64,000 bases of DNA from the NCBI GenBank assembly GCA_041662745.1, contig JBAZRV010000002.1:85785-149784 (forward strand). Direction: 5' to 3'. The DNA is from Patescibacteria group bacterium (GTDB lineage: Bacteria; Patescibacteriota; Patescibacteriia; 2-01-FULL-39-33). The position numbers and the translations under genes were made by a program. Position 1 is the first letter of the stretch; each line of letters starts with the position of its first letter. Positions 9,701 to 18,043 of this stretch are shown here, piece after piece. The notes under the pieces were generated by a model. The model searched no databases, was not told the origin of the DNA, and worked only from the letters and a program-made list of their open reading frames with translations.

Positions 9701-10344
9701 CTGTTTTTGCCGCTACCAGCAAAGCGACCGGTTCAGCTGAATATGATTACACTGGTGCTAATGGTGTTACTGGCAATCCGATGATTGTCAGAAAGACCAA
9801 GCCGACCGTCTCTTTGATTTCCTTGCCGACCTCTGTTTTAGCTGATGGCACTCAGACCATCTCTAAATTCAGTATCGCTGCTGATGCAGCCGGTGATGTT
9901 ACTTGGAGAAAGATGGGTTTTGTCTATTCAACCAGCGCCATCGCCGTTGATGTAACTGATCTTAGTATCTATCTGTATAAAGATGGCGATTCCACTAAGT
10001 TGAATGCTACCGGTTTGAGTTTAAGCCGAACTTCAGCTAAAACTATCAGCTTTGTGGCTGATACCGAACAAACCATCACCAAGGGTACTTCCCAGACTTA
10101 TGTCTTGAAGGCTGATTTGACCGGCACTTCCGCTGGTACTTCCTTCACCACTAAGATCTCCGGTACTTCGGCTACTGCTGGAACTTCTACCACTTACGCA
10201 TTATTGCTCACAGAAACAATGTTCTGGTGGTCTGACCGTTCCGGCGCTGCCGATGATGGCGTTCATACCGCCACTTCTGATGACTGGTGCGATTCCAGCT
10301 ATATTAAGACTTTACCGACCGATTCTCAAACCTTATCCAGATAG
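6775..10344 (+). CDS. large secreted surface protein (1189 aa) with signal peptide, N-terminal conserved module and ~9 Ig-like repeat domains
   Basis: MKKFLTYSVVVATIAWSMGISAVLPAAAA signal peptide; Ser/Thr/Ala/Val-rich repeated beta-domains (...YKVTLTATDQDMQLEGLRL..., ...YKITATGEDMKVKSMDLKV...). Confidence 0.7.
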   Translation: MKKFLTYSVVVATIAWSMGISAVLPAAAAYTPADGDLIKTASYSAVYYVTGGQKYLFVNRVTYTTWSNAVGDANNNFAGLKVISQSEFDALPLGGNITARAGVSLVKFDNSGIVYAVAPGSKLCKLVDSAAQTALYGSAAPIIIQSSFEANYTKDASCDLTATSKYPDGSLIKTSGDASVYYIEGGMKRLVSADGFTANSFKSSWVKTVSDVSGYTTGSALTIKEAAVSNVVSGASAPVVTLGTLGVSLSANNPVSATIVSDTVNTSQALVPMLAVNLTASSAGDVKVTGMQFTRTGISNDTDVSVSYLYEGSKKLAEGGSISSKVLTFNASNGIITVPAGQTKTVWLKIDTTIATGAGKSIGFNLTGVTSNATAISGTPLTGNLMSTASVTDLGYVVISSGNVPTAASTVNSNETDFEAYKVTLTATDQDMQLEGLRLTEIGSIGKDDLTNIKLVYGGTTLATAAFDDNMELYFDLSASPFQIAKGNSKTLSLRVDISKGSTRTFKFSIQYASDIVTKDLGYNVYTQAFKSGAVTWSAVTSAASTYVYTINSGTLTLAKDASSPSGTVAGNGTNVKLATYKITATGEDMKVKSMDLKVNTTSGQEGGLDNAKIYFDGVQVGSTKDLTTEATNVNFTFGSSFIVPAGTSKLVDIYADLKTSTGTAIVSGAATVTLSSSETQGVLSLTAGTLAAVDGSALTIGAVSTITLAEYTAYGDQTLPSPSSQAKMGSFSVAASASEGVVVENIYISGATSGELANMNLKVGSTIIGSKATFSATDASSTISISGGKLTLAKGETKVVDIYADITSGITNTTGITLGVNCDGTTPDTNTAATGAFKGLQTIVIGAGSLTLDTNGAKPDSAVIVAGATTAVSAFTMLAANDSFTINTLTVTSTVAASDRSVGAVILEYKNEAGETKTATGYLSSGSVIFNNLSIWIPKSVGATVTIKAMVADATGAKSGDIVRLNLSASDGTSTVFAATSKATGSAEYDYTGANGVTGNPMIVRKTKPTVSLISLPTSVLADGTQTISKFSIAADAAGDVTWRKMGFVYSTSAIAVDVTDLSIYLYKDGDSTKLNATGLSLSRTSAKTISFVADTEQTITKGTSQTYVLKADLTGTSAGTSFTTKISGTSATAGTSTTYALLLTETMFWWSDRSGAADDGVHTATSDDWCDSSYIKTLPTDSQTLSR

Positions 10345-10391
10345 TTTCTATCTGTTAAGTTAAGGGTAAAAGTCAGGTAAATCTGATATAA

Positions 10392-10428
10392 AAGACCGTC
10401 CCGACGCAAGTTGGGGCGGTCTTGTTTT
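10392..10428 (+). terminator. rho-independent terminator of the 1189-aa surface protein gene
   Basis: 11-bp stem aagaccgtccc/ggggcggtctt followed by gtttt. Confidence 0.65.
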
Positions 10429-10441
10429 CGCCATAATTTTT

Positions 10442-10450
10442 TGCTATAAT
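10442..10450 (+). promoter_or_regulatory. extended -10 promoter element TGcTATAAT
   Basis: tgcTATAAT lies 28 bp upstream of the ATG at 10479. No good -35 was found. Confidence 0.25.
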
Positions 10451-10478
10451 AAAGACGTTATTATTAATTTGATTTCGT

Positions 10479-11243
10479 ATGTTCAACTCAAAAACCATCA
10501 TCAAAACTTTAGCCGTTGTTTTAGTTATTTTAGTTTTAGCCGGCTGTTTTTATGTCATTGCCAATTATCAGGAACTGTTCGGTCCCAAGATTGAAGGCCA
10601 AATCGGACAGCAGGTCTATAATCCGGAAGAAATCAAGAAGGATTTTAGCAATCGGGAAAGAAAGTCAGCTTCCGGCGTCGTGCCGCCGCAGGAAATCACC
10701 GATCGTTACAATGATCTGATCGCCAAATCCCGCCAGGCAATCGCCGACAATAAGCCGTCTGATCCGGCCAATCCCGATTTATCCTGGGATTACGTGATCA
10801 TCGCCAACAGTCAGGCGATTTTGGGCCAATATGATGAAGCGGAGCAATCGTATTTGCAAGCCGCTCAGAAATTTCCCGATAATTACCGCGCCCACATGAA
10901 TTTGGGTGATCTGTATATTTTAATGGAATTGCCCCAGAGCGCGGCCGTTAAATTCGCCGAGGCAGTCAATCTTTATCCTAAAGACGGCATGATTTACACC
11001 AAACTGGCTGATTTGTATTTTAAATATTCCACCGCGCCGGAAAAAGCCCAGGATATTTACGAATTGGGCTGGAAAAACGCCGATGATAAACGATTGGTTT
11101 TGAATTATTACATCATCTATTTGCAAACTCAGAAGAAAGACTTAGTGAAGTTGGAGGAAATCAAGCGCGAATACGAAAAGATTATCAGCGGCAAAGTGGA
11201 ACAGCAGAAACAGAAGATTGAGCAGACGATTGACGTTCAATAG
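10479..11243 (+). CDS. membrane-anchored tetratricopeptide-repeat protein
   Basis: N-terminal TM helix; TPR-like W/Y/A spacing (AHMNLGDLYILMELPQSAAVKFAEAVNLYPKD...). Confidence 0.6.
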   Translation: MFNSKTIIKTLAVVLVILVLAGCFYVIANYQELFGPKIEGQIGQQVYNPEEIKKDFSNRERKSASGVVPPQEITDRYNDLIAKSRQAIADNKPSDPANPDLSWDYVIIANSQAILGQYDEAEQSYLQAAQKFPDNYRAHMNLGDLYILMELPQSAAVKFAEAVNLYPKDGMIYTKLADLYFKYSTAPEKAQDIYELGWKNADDKRLVLNYYIIYLQTQKKDLVKLEEIKREYEKIISGKVEQQKQKIEQTIDVQ

Positions 11244-11244
11244 T

Positions 11245-13428
11245 ATGGACTGGCAAAAAAATATCAAGAATATCTTGCTTTGGGGAACACTTGCGGCCTT
11301 ATGGACCCCGCTGATTTTTTATCGCCAGGCGATTTTCCCCTATATTTCTCCCAAAAATTTCTTTTTCCGCTTTATTGTGGCAGTTCTTTCTGCATTGCTG
11401 ATTGGTTATATTTTACAGAGGAAGAAGTTGGTTTTTTCAAGCCATAAGATATATTTTTCTTTTTTAGTTTTTCTGTTGGTTAATCTTATTGCCGCGATTT
11501 TCGCCGTAAATCCGCAATTGGCTTTCTTCGGCAGTTTTGAGCGCATGGGAGGCTGGTTCAATTTATTCTTTTTGAGCCTGTTTTTTCTAATTGTTATTAA
11601 TGTATTTGAAACTAAGGATGATTGGCTTAAATTACTGCGGTCATCAGTGATCTGTTCGGCGATATTATCCATTTATTCTTTGATTGTCCGCTTCGGCCAT
11701 AACATTCCGGTCGGCTGGCCCAAAAACGGCGCCACCTTGGGAAATATTGATTTTTTGGGCGCTTACCTGATGCTTAGCGTATTCTTGGGCCTGTTAGCGT
11801 TTGTTTTGGAAAAAAACAATAAATGGCGGATGGCTTATGGAGCCATTATAGCCATAAATCTTATAGTTTTGCTTCTGACCGCCGCGCGAGCCGGAATATT
11901 GGGCCTATTTTTCGGCTTGTTTATTTTCGCGATTTTTATTTTTATCAAGGCTGGTAAAAAAATCAAATACAGCCTTGCCGGCTTGTTAGTGATATTAATT
12001 TTATTCGGCGGCATCGCTTATCAGCAAAAGGATTCCGCTTGGGTTAGATCATTGCCATTTTTATATCGCTTCACTCAGATTTCCCTTAACGATGCCAGCA
12101 CAAAAGACCGTTTGCTGGTTTGGTATGTTTCTTGGCAAGCCTTTGGAGATCGGCCGATCATCGGTTACGGATCGGAGAATGCCATTTACGGCTTGAATAA
12201 GTATTATAACCCCAGGGTGACGGAAATGTGGTTTGATCGGGCGCATAATTTTATTTTTGATATTTTGCTTGCCAGTGGTTTGATCGGCTTATTGTTTTAT
12301 TTGTCAATTTTCGGCTTGGCTTTTTGGCTGATATTGAAGAATTTAAACCGTAATTATTATCTTGGGGCTATTTTATTTAGTTCTCTGGCCGGATATCTTG
12401 CCAGTAATCTATTTAATTTCGATACCATCAGCTCCTGGCTACCTGTAATATTAATCTTGGCTTTTATCGGGCATTGGACAAAAAAAGAGAATAGTGAGAA
12501 TAATCTCCCCCGATTGCTCGTTAAATTTGATTTTATTACGGCCGGCACGCTGATTTTTATTCTTGCTTTAGTCAGTTATTTTACGGTCTTGAAGCCGGCT
12601 TATGCCGGCTATTTCGGTTCGTATGGAAGTGCTTATGCCGATCAATACCCGGATAAAGCGATAGTTTTTATGGAACGAGCAATAAGCTTGAATACTTATG
12701 GCAATCGAGAGTTGGCTATGCAGTTGTCGGAGTTTGATCGGCAATATAATGAATCGTCGGAACTTGACTCTGTTAAAAAGAAGGAATATTTTGACATATC
12801 CGAAAAAGCCTTGTTGGATTATCTGAAATCTGACCCGAATAATATCCAACCCAAGATTTTTTTGGCCCTGCTCTATCAAAGTTTTGCCAAGGAAAATTCT
12901 TTTTATATTAGTGAATCAATTCGGCTTATGGAGGGCAACATCAATAATTCACCTCAGAGAATCGAGATTTATAATATTTTAGCTCAGGGATATTATTTGA
13001 GGGGTGATTATGATCGGGCGGTTAAAAATCTAAAAGTTTCCTTATCAATCAATAATTGGGATGAAGACCAATATTTGAATTTGATCAATATCCTGTCGCA
13101 ACGGAATGATTTGGCAGAAATGAATAAGTATATTAATGAGTTTTTGACTAATATCAAAAGTATTTCTCCCGACGGCTATAAGCGCTTGGGGCAGTATTAT
13201 TTCAATGTCGGCAATGTCGATGAAGCTGAGCGCGTTGTCCGTGATTTGGCCATTCCTGCCAATCCTGACTATTTGCCGACCAGAATCGCCCTGGCCTCTA
13301 TTTATGAATCTCGCGGCGAGTATGATCGGGCTATAAATTATACCCAAGAAATGATCAATATCCATCCAGAATGGGCAGAAACCCTAAATAATTATATTAA
13401 ATATTTGAACGACAAGAAAAATAGGTAA
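11245..13428 (+). CDS. O-antigen ligase (Wzy_C) family polytopic membrane protein with C-terminal TPR domain
   Basis: More than 10 TM helices. DRAHNFIFDILLASGLIGLLFY motif matches the Wzy_C/O-antigen ligase family. C-terminal ~250 aa are TPR-like. The ATG at 11245 is preferred over the TTG at 11218 given in the ORF track. Confidence 0.65.
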   Translation: MDWQKNIKNILLWGTLAALWTPLIFYRQAIFPYISPKNFFFRFIVAVLSALLIGYILQRKKLVFSSHKIYFSFLVFLLVNLIAAIFAVNPQLAFFGSFERMGGWFNLFFLSLFFLIVINVFETKDDWLKLLRSSVICSAILSIYSLIVRFGHNIPVGWPKNGATLGNIDFLGAYLMLSVFLGLLAFVLEKNNKWRMAYGAIIAINLIVLLLTAARAGILGLFFGLFIFAIFIFIKAGKKIKYSLAGLLVILILFGGIAYQQKDSAWVRSLPFLYRFTQISLNDASTKDRLLVWYVSWQAFGDRPIIGYGSENAIYGLNKYYNPRVTEMWFDRAHNFIFDILLASGLIGLLFYLSIFGLAFWLILKNLNRNYYLGAILFSSLAGYLASNLFNFDTISSWLPVILILAFIGHWTKKENSENNLPRLLVKFDFITAGTLIFILALVSYFTVLKPAYAGYFGSYGSAYADQYPDKAIVFMERAISLNTYGNRELAMQLSEFDRQYNESSELDSVKKKEYFDISEKALLDYLKSDPNNIQPKIFLALLYQSFAKENSFYISESIRLMEGNINNSPQRIEIYNILAQGYYLRGDYDRAVKNLKVSLSINNWDEDQYLNLINILSQRNDLAEMNKYINEFLTNIKSISPDGYKRLGQYYFNVGNVDEAERVVRDLAIPANPDYLPTRIALASIYESRGEYDRAINYTQEMINIHPEWAETLNNYIKYLNDKKNR

Positions 13429-13556
13429 AATTAGGCAAATTAATAATTGTAAGTTATCCACAGCCGTACTTTTCTGTTCTTGATTATTATGTTATACTTA
13501 AATCAAGCTTTTTAGATAAATATCCGCGTTATAGCGGTATAAAAAATTAAAAAAAT

Positions 13557-14768
13557 ATGGAAGGTAACAAATTCGGCCGGTTTTTATTTCTGGCCAAGAC
13601 TTCAGTCTTAATGGTTGCGGTTATTTTTGCCGTAGTTATTTCGGCTTCAGTTGCTTTGGCAGCTGCTCCGGTAGCTCCGACAGGCGCTTATGTGTCAACT
13701 ACCTCGACAAACTCAATGGTTGTAACTTGGGTTTGGGGCAGTGGAACAGAAACATATTTTACGGTTGATCAATCAACTGACGGGTTAACTTACACTCATG
13801 TTTCATCGTCCATTGCGACCACAACTCTGAGTTATACTTTTGCTGGTTTATCTCCAGATACTTTGTACTATTTTAGAGTAGCTTCAGCCAGCAGTACTCA
13901 TACGGCGACTTCATCTTACTCTACCACTTCAGCGGCCTATACTTTAGCCACGGCTCCAACTTCATCTAACGCTGTTGTGCAAAGTCCAAGTGTTATTAAT
14001 TTTACTTGGACAGGCGATGCCACAGCATATTATGCGGAGAATATTACTGCCGGGACAAATTCTGGCTGGGTAACTGACACGAATTTCAGTTCGACCGGCT
14101 TATCATGCAATACAACTTATACCTTTTATGTTAAGGGCAGAAATGGCGATTTAGTTGCAACTGCATATTCCGATACTCAGTTGGCCACAATTAGTTGCGG
14201 CAGTGGTGGCGAAGACCCCTCTCCTGCGACTCCGGCCACACCTGCCGTACCCGCCACTCCGGCCACGCCGGCTGTGCCGGGCGAAACCCCAGCCATTCCC
14301 GCTGTTCCTGCTACGCCAGCCATACCCGCATCCATTACTGTTAGTAATGTCCCTGGTTCAATTATAAAAGTCAACGCCAGCGACCGTCCGGCTGTTTATT
14401 ATGTCATTGACGGCAAGAAATACTTGTTTGTCAATCGCGCCACTTATACGACCTGGAGCTCCGACGCCGGCGATAGCGCCAACAATTTCTCCACCCTTAC
14501 CATGGTTTCTCAAGCGGAATTTGATGCTATTCCTACCGGTGGCAATCTAATCGCCAAACCCGGCAGTTTGATCAAGTTTGATAACAGTCCGATAATTTAT
14601 GCCGTCGCCACCGGAGGCAAGCTGTATCAACTGGCCGATTCAGCCGCTCAGACCGCGCTTTACGGCACGGCTGTTCCGGCGGTAATCCAGACGGGCTTCA
14701 GAGACGGCTATTATGACCATGGCAACGCTGTCGGCACTCTGACCGCCAGTTCGCAGAAACCGGAATAA
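13557..14768 (+). CDS. secreted protein with fibronectin-III-like domains, Pro/Ala/Thr linker and a C-terminal module shared with the 1189-aa protein
   Basis: Signal/anchor helix. Tandem FN3-like segments (YTFAGLSPDTLYYFRV; CNTTYTFYVKG). PATPAVPATPATPAVPG linker. C-terminal YYVIDGKKYLFVNRATYTTWS...DSAAQTALYG is homologous to residues 33-165 of ORF 6775. Confidence 0.6.
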   Translation: MEGNKFGRFLFLAKTSVLMVAVIFAVVISASVALAAAPVAPTGAYVSTTSTNSMVVTWVWGSGTETYFTVDQSTDGLTYTHVSSSIATTTLSYTFAGLSPDTLYYFRVASASSTHTATSSYSTTSAAYTLATAPTSSNAVVQSPSVINFTWTGDATAYYAENITAGTNSGWVTDTNFSSTGLSCNTTYTFYVKGRNGDLVATAYSDTQLATISCGSGGEDPSPATPATPAVPATPATPAVPGETPAIPAVPATPAIPASITVSNVPGSIIKVNASDRPAVYYVIDGKKYLFVNRATYTTWSSDAGDSANNFSTLTMVSQAEFDAIPTGGNLIAKPGSLIKFDNSPIIYAVATGGKLYQLADSAAQTALYGTAVPAVIQTGFRDGYYDHGNAVGTLTASSQKPE

Positions 14769-14788
14769 TTTTTATCTAAAGTAATTCT

Positions 14789-14862
14789 ATAAAACTCCCG
14801 CCTCATTCCGAAGCGGGAGTTTTAAAAAAAAAATAAACCCCCGTTTTATAAACGGAGGTATT
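14789..14862. terminator. bidirectional terminator region between convergent genes
   Basis: aaaactcccgc...gcgggagtttt hairpin (A-tract/stem/T-tract) plus a second hairpin aaacccccgtttt...aaacggagg. Confidence 0.5.
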
Positions 14863-14872
14863 GAGAGAAGGT

Positions 14873-15577
14873 TCAAGCGCCGGCAATAAGCGGCGGTCCC
14901 AGTTTGTCGGCCGGCAAGGCCTTAGCTGTTTCCAGTGCTTCCCGCATTTCATGATTAAGGTAGCGACAGAAGTTCTGATTGATTTGTTCAATAGCCGGGA
15001 TCATGGGCAGATAAATCTCAACGGTTTCTTTGATTTTGCGGGATCGTTTTTCCGGAGCGCAATGGTGAATGGTGCGCATATTATGCAAGCGATCGCACAG
15101 TTTAATCAGCTTGACCCAGGAATTAGACCTATTGAGTTGCTGGAAATAGAATTGGTGCCTCTCGGAATCAGACTTGAAGCGCTGATCGTTTTTTGACGGC
15201 TTGGTCATGTTGACGATCAAACCGGAGGCGCGTCGGCCGAAAACAGCCGTTAGCTTGCTGGGGGTAGCCAGGCGCAATAGCAATTCCGGGGCGTCCTCGC
15301 GAAAATCATGGAGCAGAGCGGCGATAATCAAATCCTTGTCCCAGATGCCCAATTCTTGCATGATAATTCGCGCCGTGTTCTTGCAGTGTTCAATATAAGG
15401 CGTGCCGTCATCGCGTTTCTGTTCATGATGGCCGACCTTGCCCATTTCGTAAGCGAAATCAACCAATTCAATATCTCCCGGCGACATTTTAAATCTCAGC
15501 AATTCAAGGAATTCTTGGTGGGATAAATGCGTTTCCTGATGCTTTTGACGCTTGATTTCGGTGTTGGCCTCTGGCAT
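14873..15577 (-). CDS. HD-domain (p)ppGpp hydrolase-like protein (SpoT/Mesh1-type small alarmone hydrolase)
   Basis: HHEQKRDDGTPYIEH ... AALLHDFRED matches the RelA/SpoT HD hydrolase signature (H-x2-Q-x-R-x2-G-x-PY-x2-H ... LLHD..ED). No synthetase domain; 234 aa. Confidence 0.6.
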   Translation of the reverse strand: MPEANTEIKRQKHQETHLSHQEFLELLRFKMSPGDIELVDFAYEMGKVGHHEQKRDDGTPYIEHCKNTARIIMQELGIWDKDLIIAALLHDFREDAPELLLRLATPSKLTAVFGRRASGLIVNMTKPSKNDQRFKSDSERHQFYFQQLNRSNSWVKLIKLCDRLHNMRTIHHCAPEKRSRKIKETVEIYLPMIPAIEQINQNFCRYLNHEMREALETAKALPADKLGPPLIAGA

Positions 15578-15723
15578 GGCTAAGTCCTCCCGCGGTTGTT
15601 CTTTTTAGAAGGTTCTTTTTGATTATTTATTGTAGCAATTACACGGAATATGTCAAGTTTATCGGTTATTGGTAATTTTTAAGATTGAAAAACAAAGCAG
15701 TTTCTGCTACCATCTAAAATAGT

Positions 15724-16404
15724 ATGACAATAATTTTACCCTCCATAACCACCACCCGCCATGCCAATTGGCGACAAATGATCAGTGATTGCGATTCTTT
15801 GGGCATCAAAGAAACAGCTTTATTTTTAAGCGCCTTGCCGGCGGAAGAGCATGAAAAGCTTTATGAAGCGCTCAAGCAGTCAAATATCAAAAGCATACCT
15901 TTTGTGCATTTGCGTTCCGACATGCCGCCGGAGGAAGTTGATTATCTGATTGATAATTATGGCGCTAAAATGTTTAATATCCATAGCCAAAAACAATTTT
16001 ATTTGAAGTATGATTTGTCGCGTTTTAAGTCCATGATTTACCTGGAGAATACCAACAACTCCATAACCGATGAAATAGGCGAGTGGGCAGGATTATGCTT
16101 AGACGTGTCACATCATGAGAATAAACGGTTGTTGGGGCTGCCGCTTTACCGGGAAGTCGCAGAGTTGTTGAAAAAATATCCGGTTGGTTGTTGGCATTTG
16201 AATGCTATCGGACCGGAGCCGATAGTCAAGATTGAGGATGATGATTACGGCTATGACAAACACAACTTTGAAAATTTAAGCGAGTTTGATTATTGCGTCC
16301 GTTATCGGGAATACTTGCCGAAATATATTGCCTTGGAATTGGAAAACACCATAGCCGAACAATTGAAAGCGAAGGAATATGTAACTAAACTCTTAAATAT
16401 TTAA
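15724..16404 (+). CDS. hypothetical protein, possibly xylose-isomerase-like TIM-barrel (sugar phosphate isomerase/epimerase family)
   Basis: GLCLDVSHHE and CWHLNAIG resemble the LCLDTCH / HLND metal-binding motifs of the Endo IV/xylose isomerase TIM-barrel fold. Weak. Confidence 0.3.
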   Translation: MTIILPSITTTRHANWRQMISDCDSLGIKETALFLSALPAEEHEKLYEALKQSNIKSIPFVHLRSDMPPEEVDYLIDNYGAKMFNIHSQKQFYLKYDLSRFKSMIYLENTNNSITDEIGEWAGLCLDVSHHENKRLLGLPLYREVAELLKKYPVGCWHLNAIGPEPIVKIEDDDYGYDKHNFENLSEFDYCVRYREYLPKYIALELENTIAEQLKAKEYVTKLLNI

Positions 16405-16973
16405 TGGAAAAAACAGCCGATGAAAAATTAGTCGCCGATTATTTGTCCGGCAAGGAACAGGCCTTAGAGGAGTTGGTTGCCAGATATTTTAAAGCCATTT
16501 ATGGCTTTGTTTTCGGTTATGTCAGGAATCAGGACGAAGCCGAGGATTTGACTCAGGTAACATTCATTAAGGCTTGGCGGGGGATAAAGCGATTTGATTG
16601 CCGGAAAAATTTTAAGGTTTGGCTGTTTACTATCGCTAAGAACACCGCCTTGGACTATTTGAAAAAGAAAAAACCGCTTAACTTTTCCGCTTTTGAAAAC
16701 GATGAAGGCGATAATATGTTGGCAGAAACGTTAGCCGATCCCGGGCCGTTACCCGATGAGATTTTTGAACGCAATGATTTGAGCGAGTTATTAGCTGAGG
16801 CCGTAAACAATTTGCCGGCCCAATATCAGCCGGTTATCCGACTGCATCATGTTGCCGGTTTTTCTTTGTCGGAAATAGCGGAAATAACCGGCCAACCGCT
16901 TAATACGGTAAAAAGCCGGCACCGACGCGCCCTGCTGTTATTAAGGGAGTATTTAATCAAAAAATTTATCTAA
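16404..16973 (+). CDS. RNA polymerase ECF-type sigma factor (second copy)
   Basis: Sigma regions 2 and 4 (FIKAWRGIKRFD...; LHHVAGFSLSEIAEITGQPLNTVKSRHRRA). Start overlaps the upstream stop by 1 nt (TAATG). Confidence 0.8.
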   Translation: MEKTADEKLVADYLSGKEQALEELVARYFKAIYGFVFGYVRNQDEAEDLTQVTFIKAWRGIKRFDCRKNFKVWLFTIAKNTALDYLKKKKPLNFSAFENDEGDNMLAETLADPGPLPDEIFERNDLSELLAEAVNNLPAQYQPVIRLHHVAGFSLSEIAEITGQPLNTVKSRHRRALLLLREYLIKKFI

Positions 16974-17034
16974 ATTTAGAATAAAAATATTAAAGACGCA
17001 ACCTAATGCGTCTTTAAATCGTATTAACAACCAT

Positions 17035-17439
17035 ATGCCGAAAGAATTAGGGAAAATTTTTTCCTCTTACCGTTCCCCCGAGCCGTCCGAAGAGTTATTT
17101 AATAAAATAACTTTACGGCTTAAGTGGGAACAAGCTAAGCGAGCCAAGTTCCGTTTAGCGGTTTTTTCTTTGACTTTTGTCGCTTCATTAGCCGCCGTCG
17201 TACCGGCGTTACGTCTGATTTGGCAGGATGCCAGCCAATCCGGTTTTGCTGATTTTGTTTCTTTATTCTTTTCTGATCCCGATCTGGCGTTGGCTTATTG
17301 GCAGAATTTTGTTTTGGCGCTTTTGGAGGTCTTACCGGTTTTAAGCCTGGCTTTATTTGTGGCTGTTTTGGCTGTTTTTATGGAATCACTGAAATTACTG
17401 GTCAAAAATTTTAAGGGCGCTTATCCGCGTTTGGTTTAG
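17035..17439 (+). CDS. small membrane protein, putative anti-sigma factor partner of the ECF sigma
   Basis: Position immediately downstream of the sigma gene; two predicted TM segments; no recognisable domain. Confidence 0.35.
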   Translation: MPKELGKIFSSYRSPEPSEELFNKITLRLKWEQAKRAKFRLAVFSLTFVASLAAVVPALRLIWQDASQSGFADFVSLFFSDPDLALAYWQNFVLALLEVLPVLSLALFVAVLAVFMESLKLLVKNFKGAYPRLV

Positions 17440-17495
17440 CATTATCATCCGGCTTTCAGGCTTTTGACTTTATAAACCTTATAACTTATAAACAT

Positions 17496-17990
17496 ATGAT
17501 TGATTTTAACAAGTTTTTCCAATCAAAAGTATTCCTGGGTATTATTTTGGGCATGATGATTTTTGTCTTGCTGCTGTTGGTTTTTCAGGCCGGCGCTTTT
17601 GTCGGCTTTAAGAAAGCCGAGTTTTCCTATCATTGGAGTGAAAATTACCAGCGCAACTTTGCCGGACCGCAACGCGGTTTTGCCGAGCCTTTCCAGGGCA
17701 AGGACCTGATCAATGCTCACGGCACTGCCGGTCAAATCATAAAGATTGACGGTTCGACGATTATTATTAAGGGCAATGATAATGTGGAAAGAGCTGTGTT
17801 GACTAAGGAAGATACGGTTATTAGAAGTTTGCGCGATACCATTAAGACCGGTGATCTTAAATTGAATGATTTGGTGGTGGTTATCGGCGATCCGGCGACT
17901 ACCAGCGGCCAGATCACCGCTAAGCTAATCAGAGTTATGCCGACTCCGCCGGCCGGAGCGCCAGCGGTAAACGGGCGGATATATTTTTAA
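17496..17990 (+). CDS. membrane-anchored hypothetical protein (possibly DUF5666-like beta domain); paralog of 21872..22348
   Basis: N-terminal TM helix. Shared pattern G.V..ID..S..VKG.DG...T.V.R....T..DL..G..V.V.G....G.I.A..I.I.P with ORF 21872. Confidence 0.4.
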   Translation: MIDFNKFFQSKVFLGIILGMMIFVLLLLVFQAGAFVGFKKAEFSYHWSENYQRNFAGPQRGFAEPFQGKDLINAHGTAGQIIKIDGSTIIIKGNDNVERAVLTKEDTVIRSLRDTIKTGDLKLNDLVVVIGDPATTSGQITAKLIRVMPTPPAGAPAVNGRIYF

Positions 17991-18043
17991 AAAATAATCA
18001 TCGGATTACATCATTTATTTTATTGTTTAATGCTTCATAATTT

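Noticed and set aside
7416-9722. Several 60-114-aa minus-strand ORFs inside the 1189-aa surface protein gene
   Set aside because: Antisense frames kept open by the biased (Ala/Thr/Val/Ser) codon composition of the real gene.
15201-15526. Plus-strand ORFs opposite the HD-hydrolase gene
   Set aside because: No domain; antisense to a gene with a strong signature motif.
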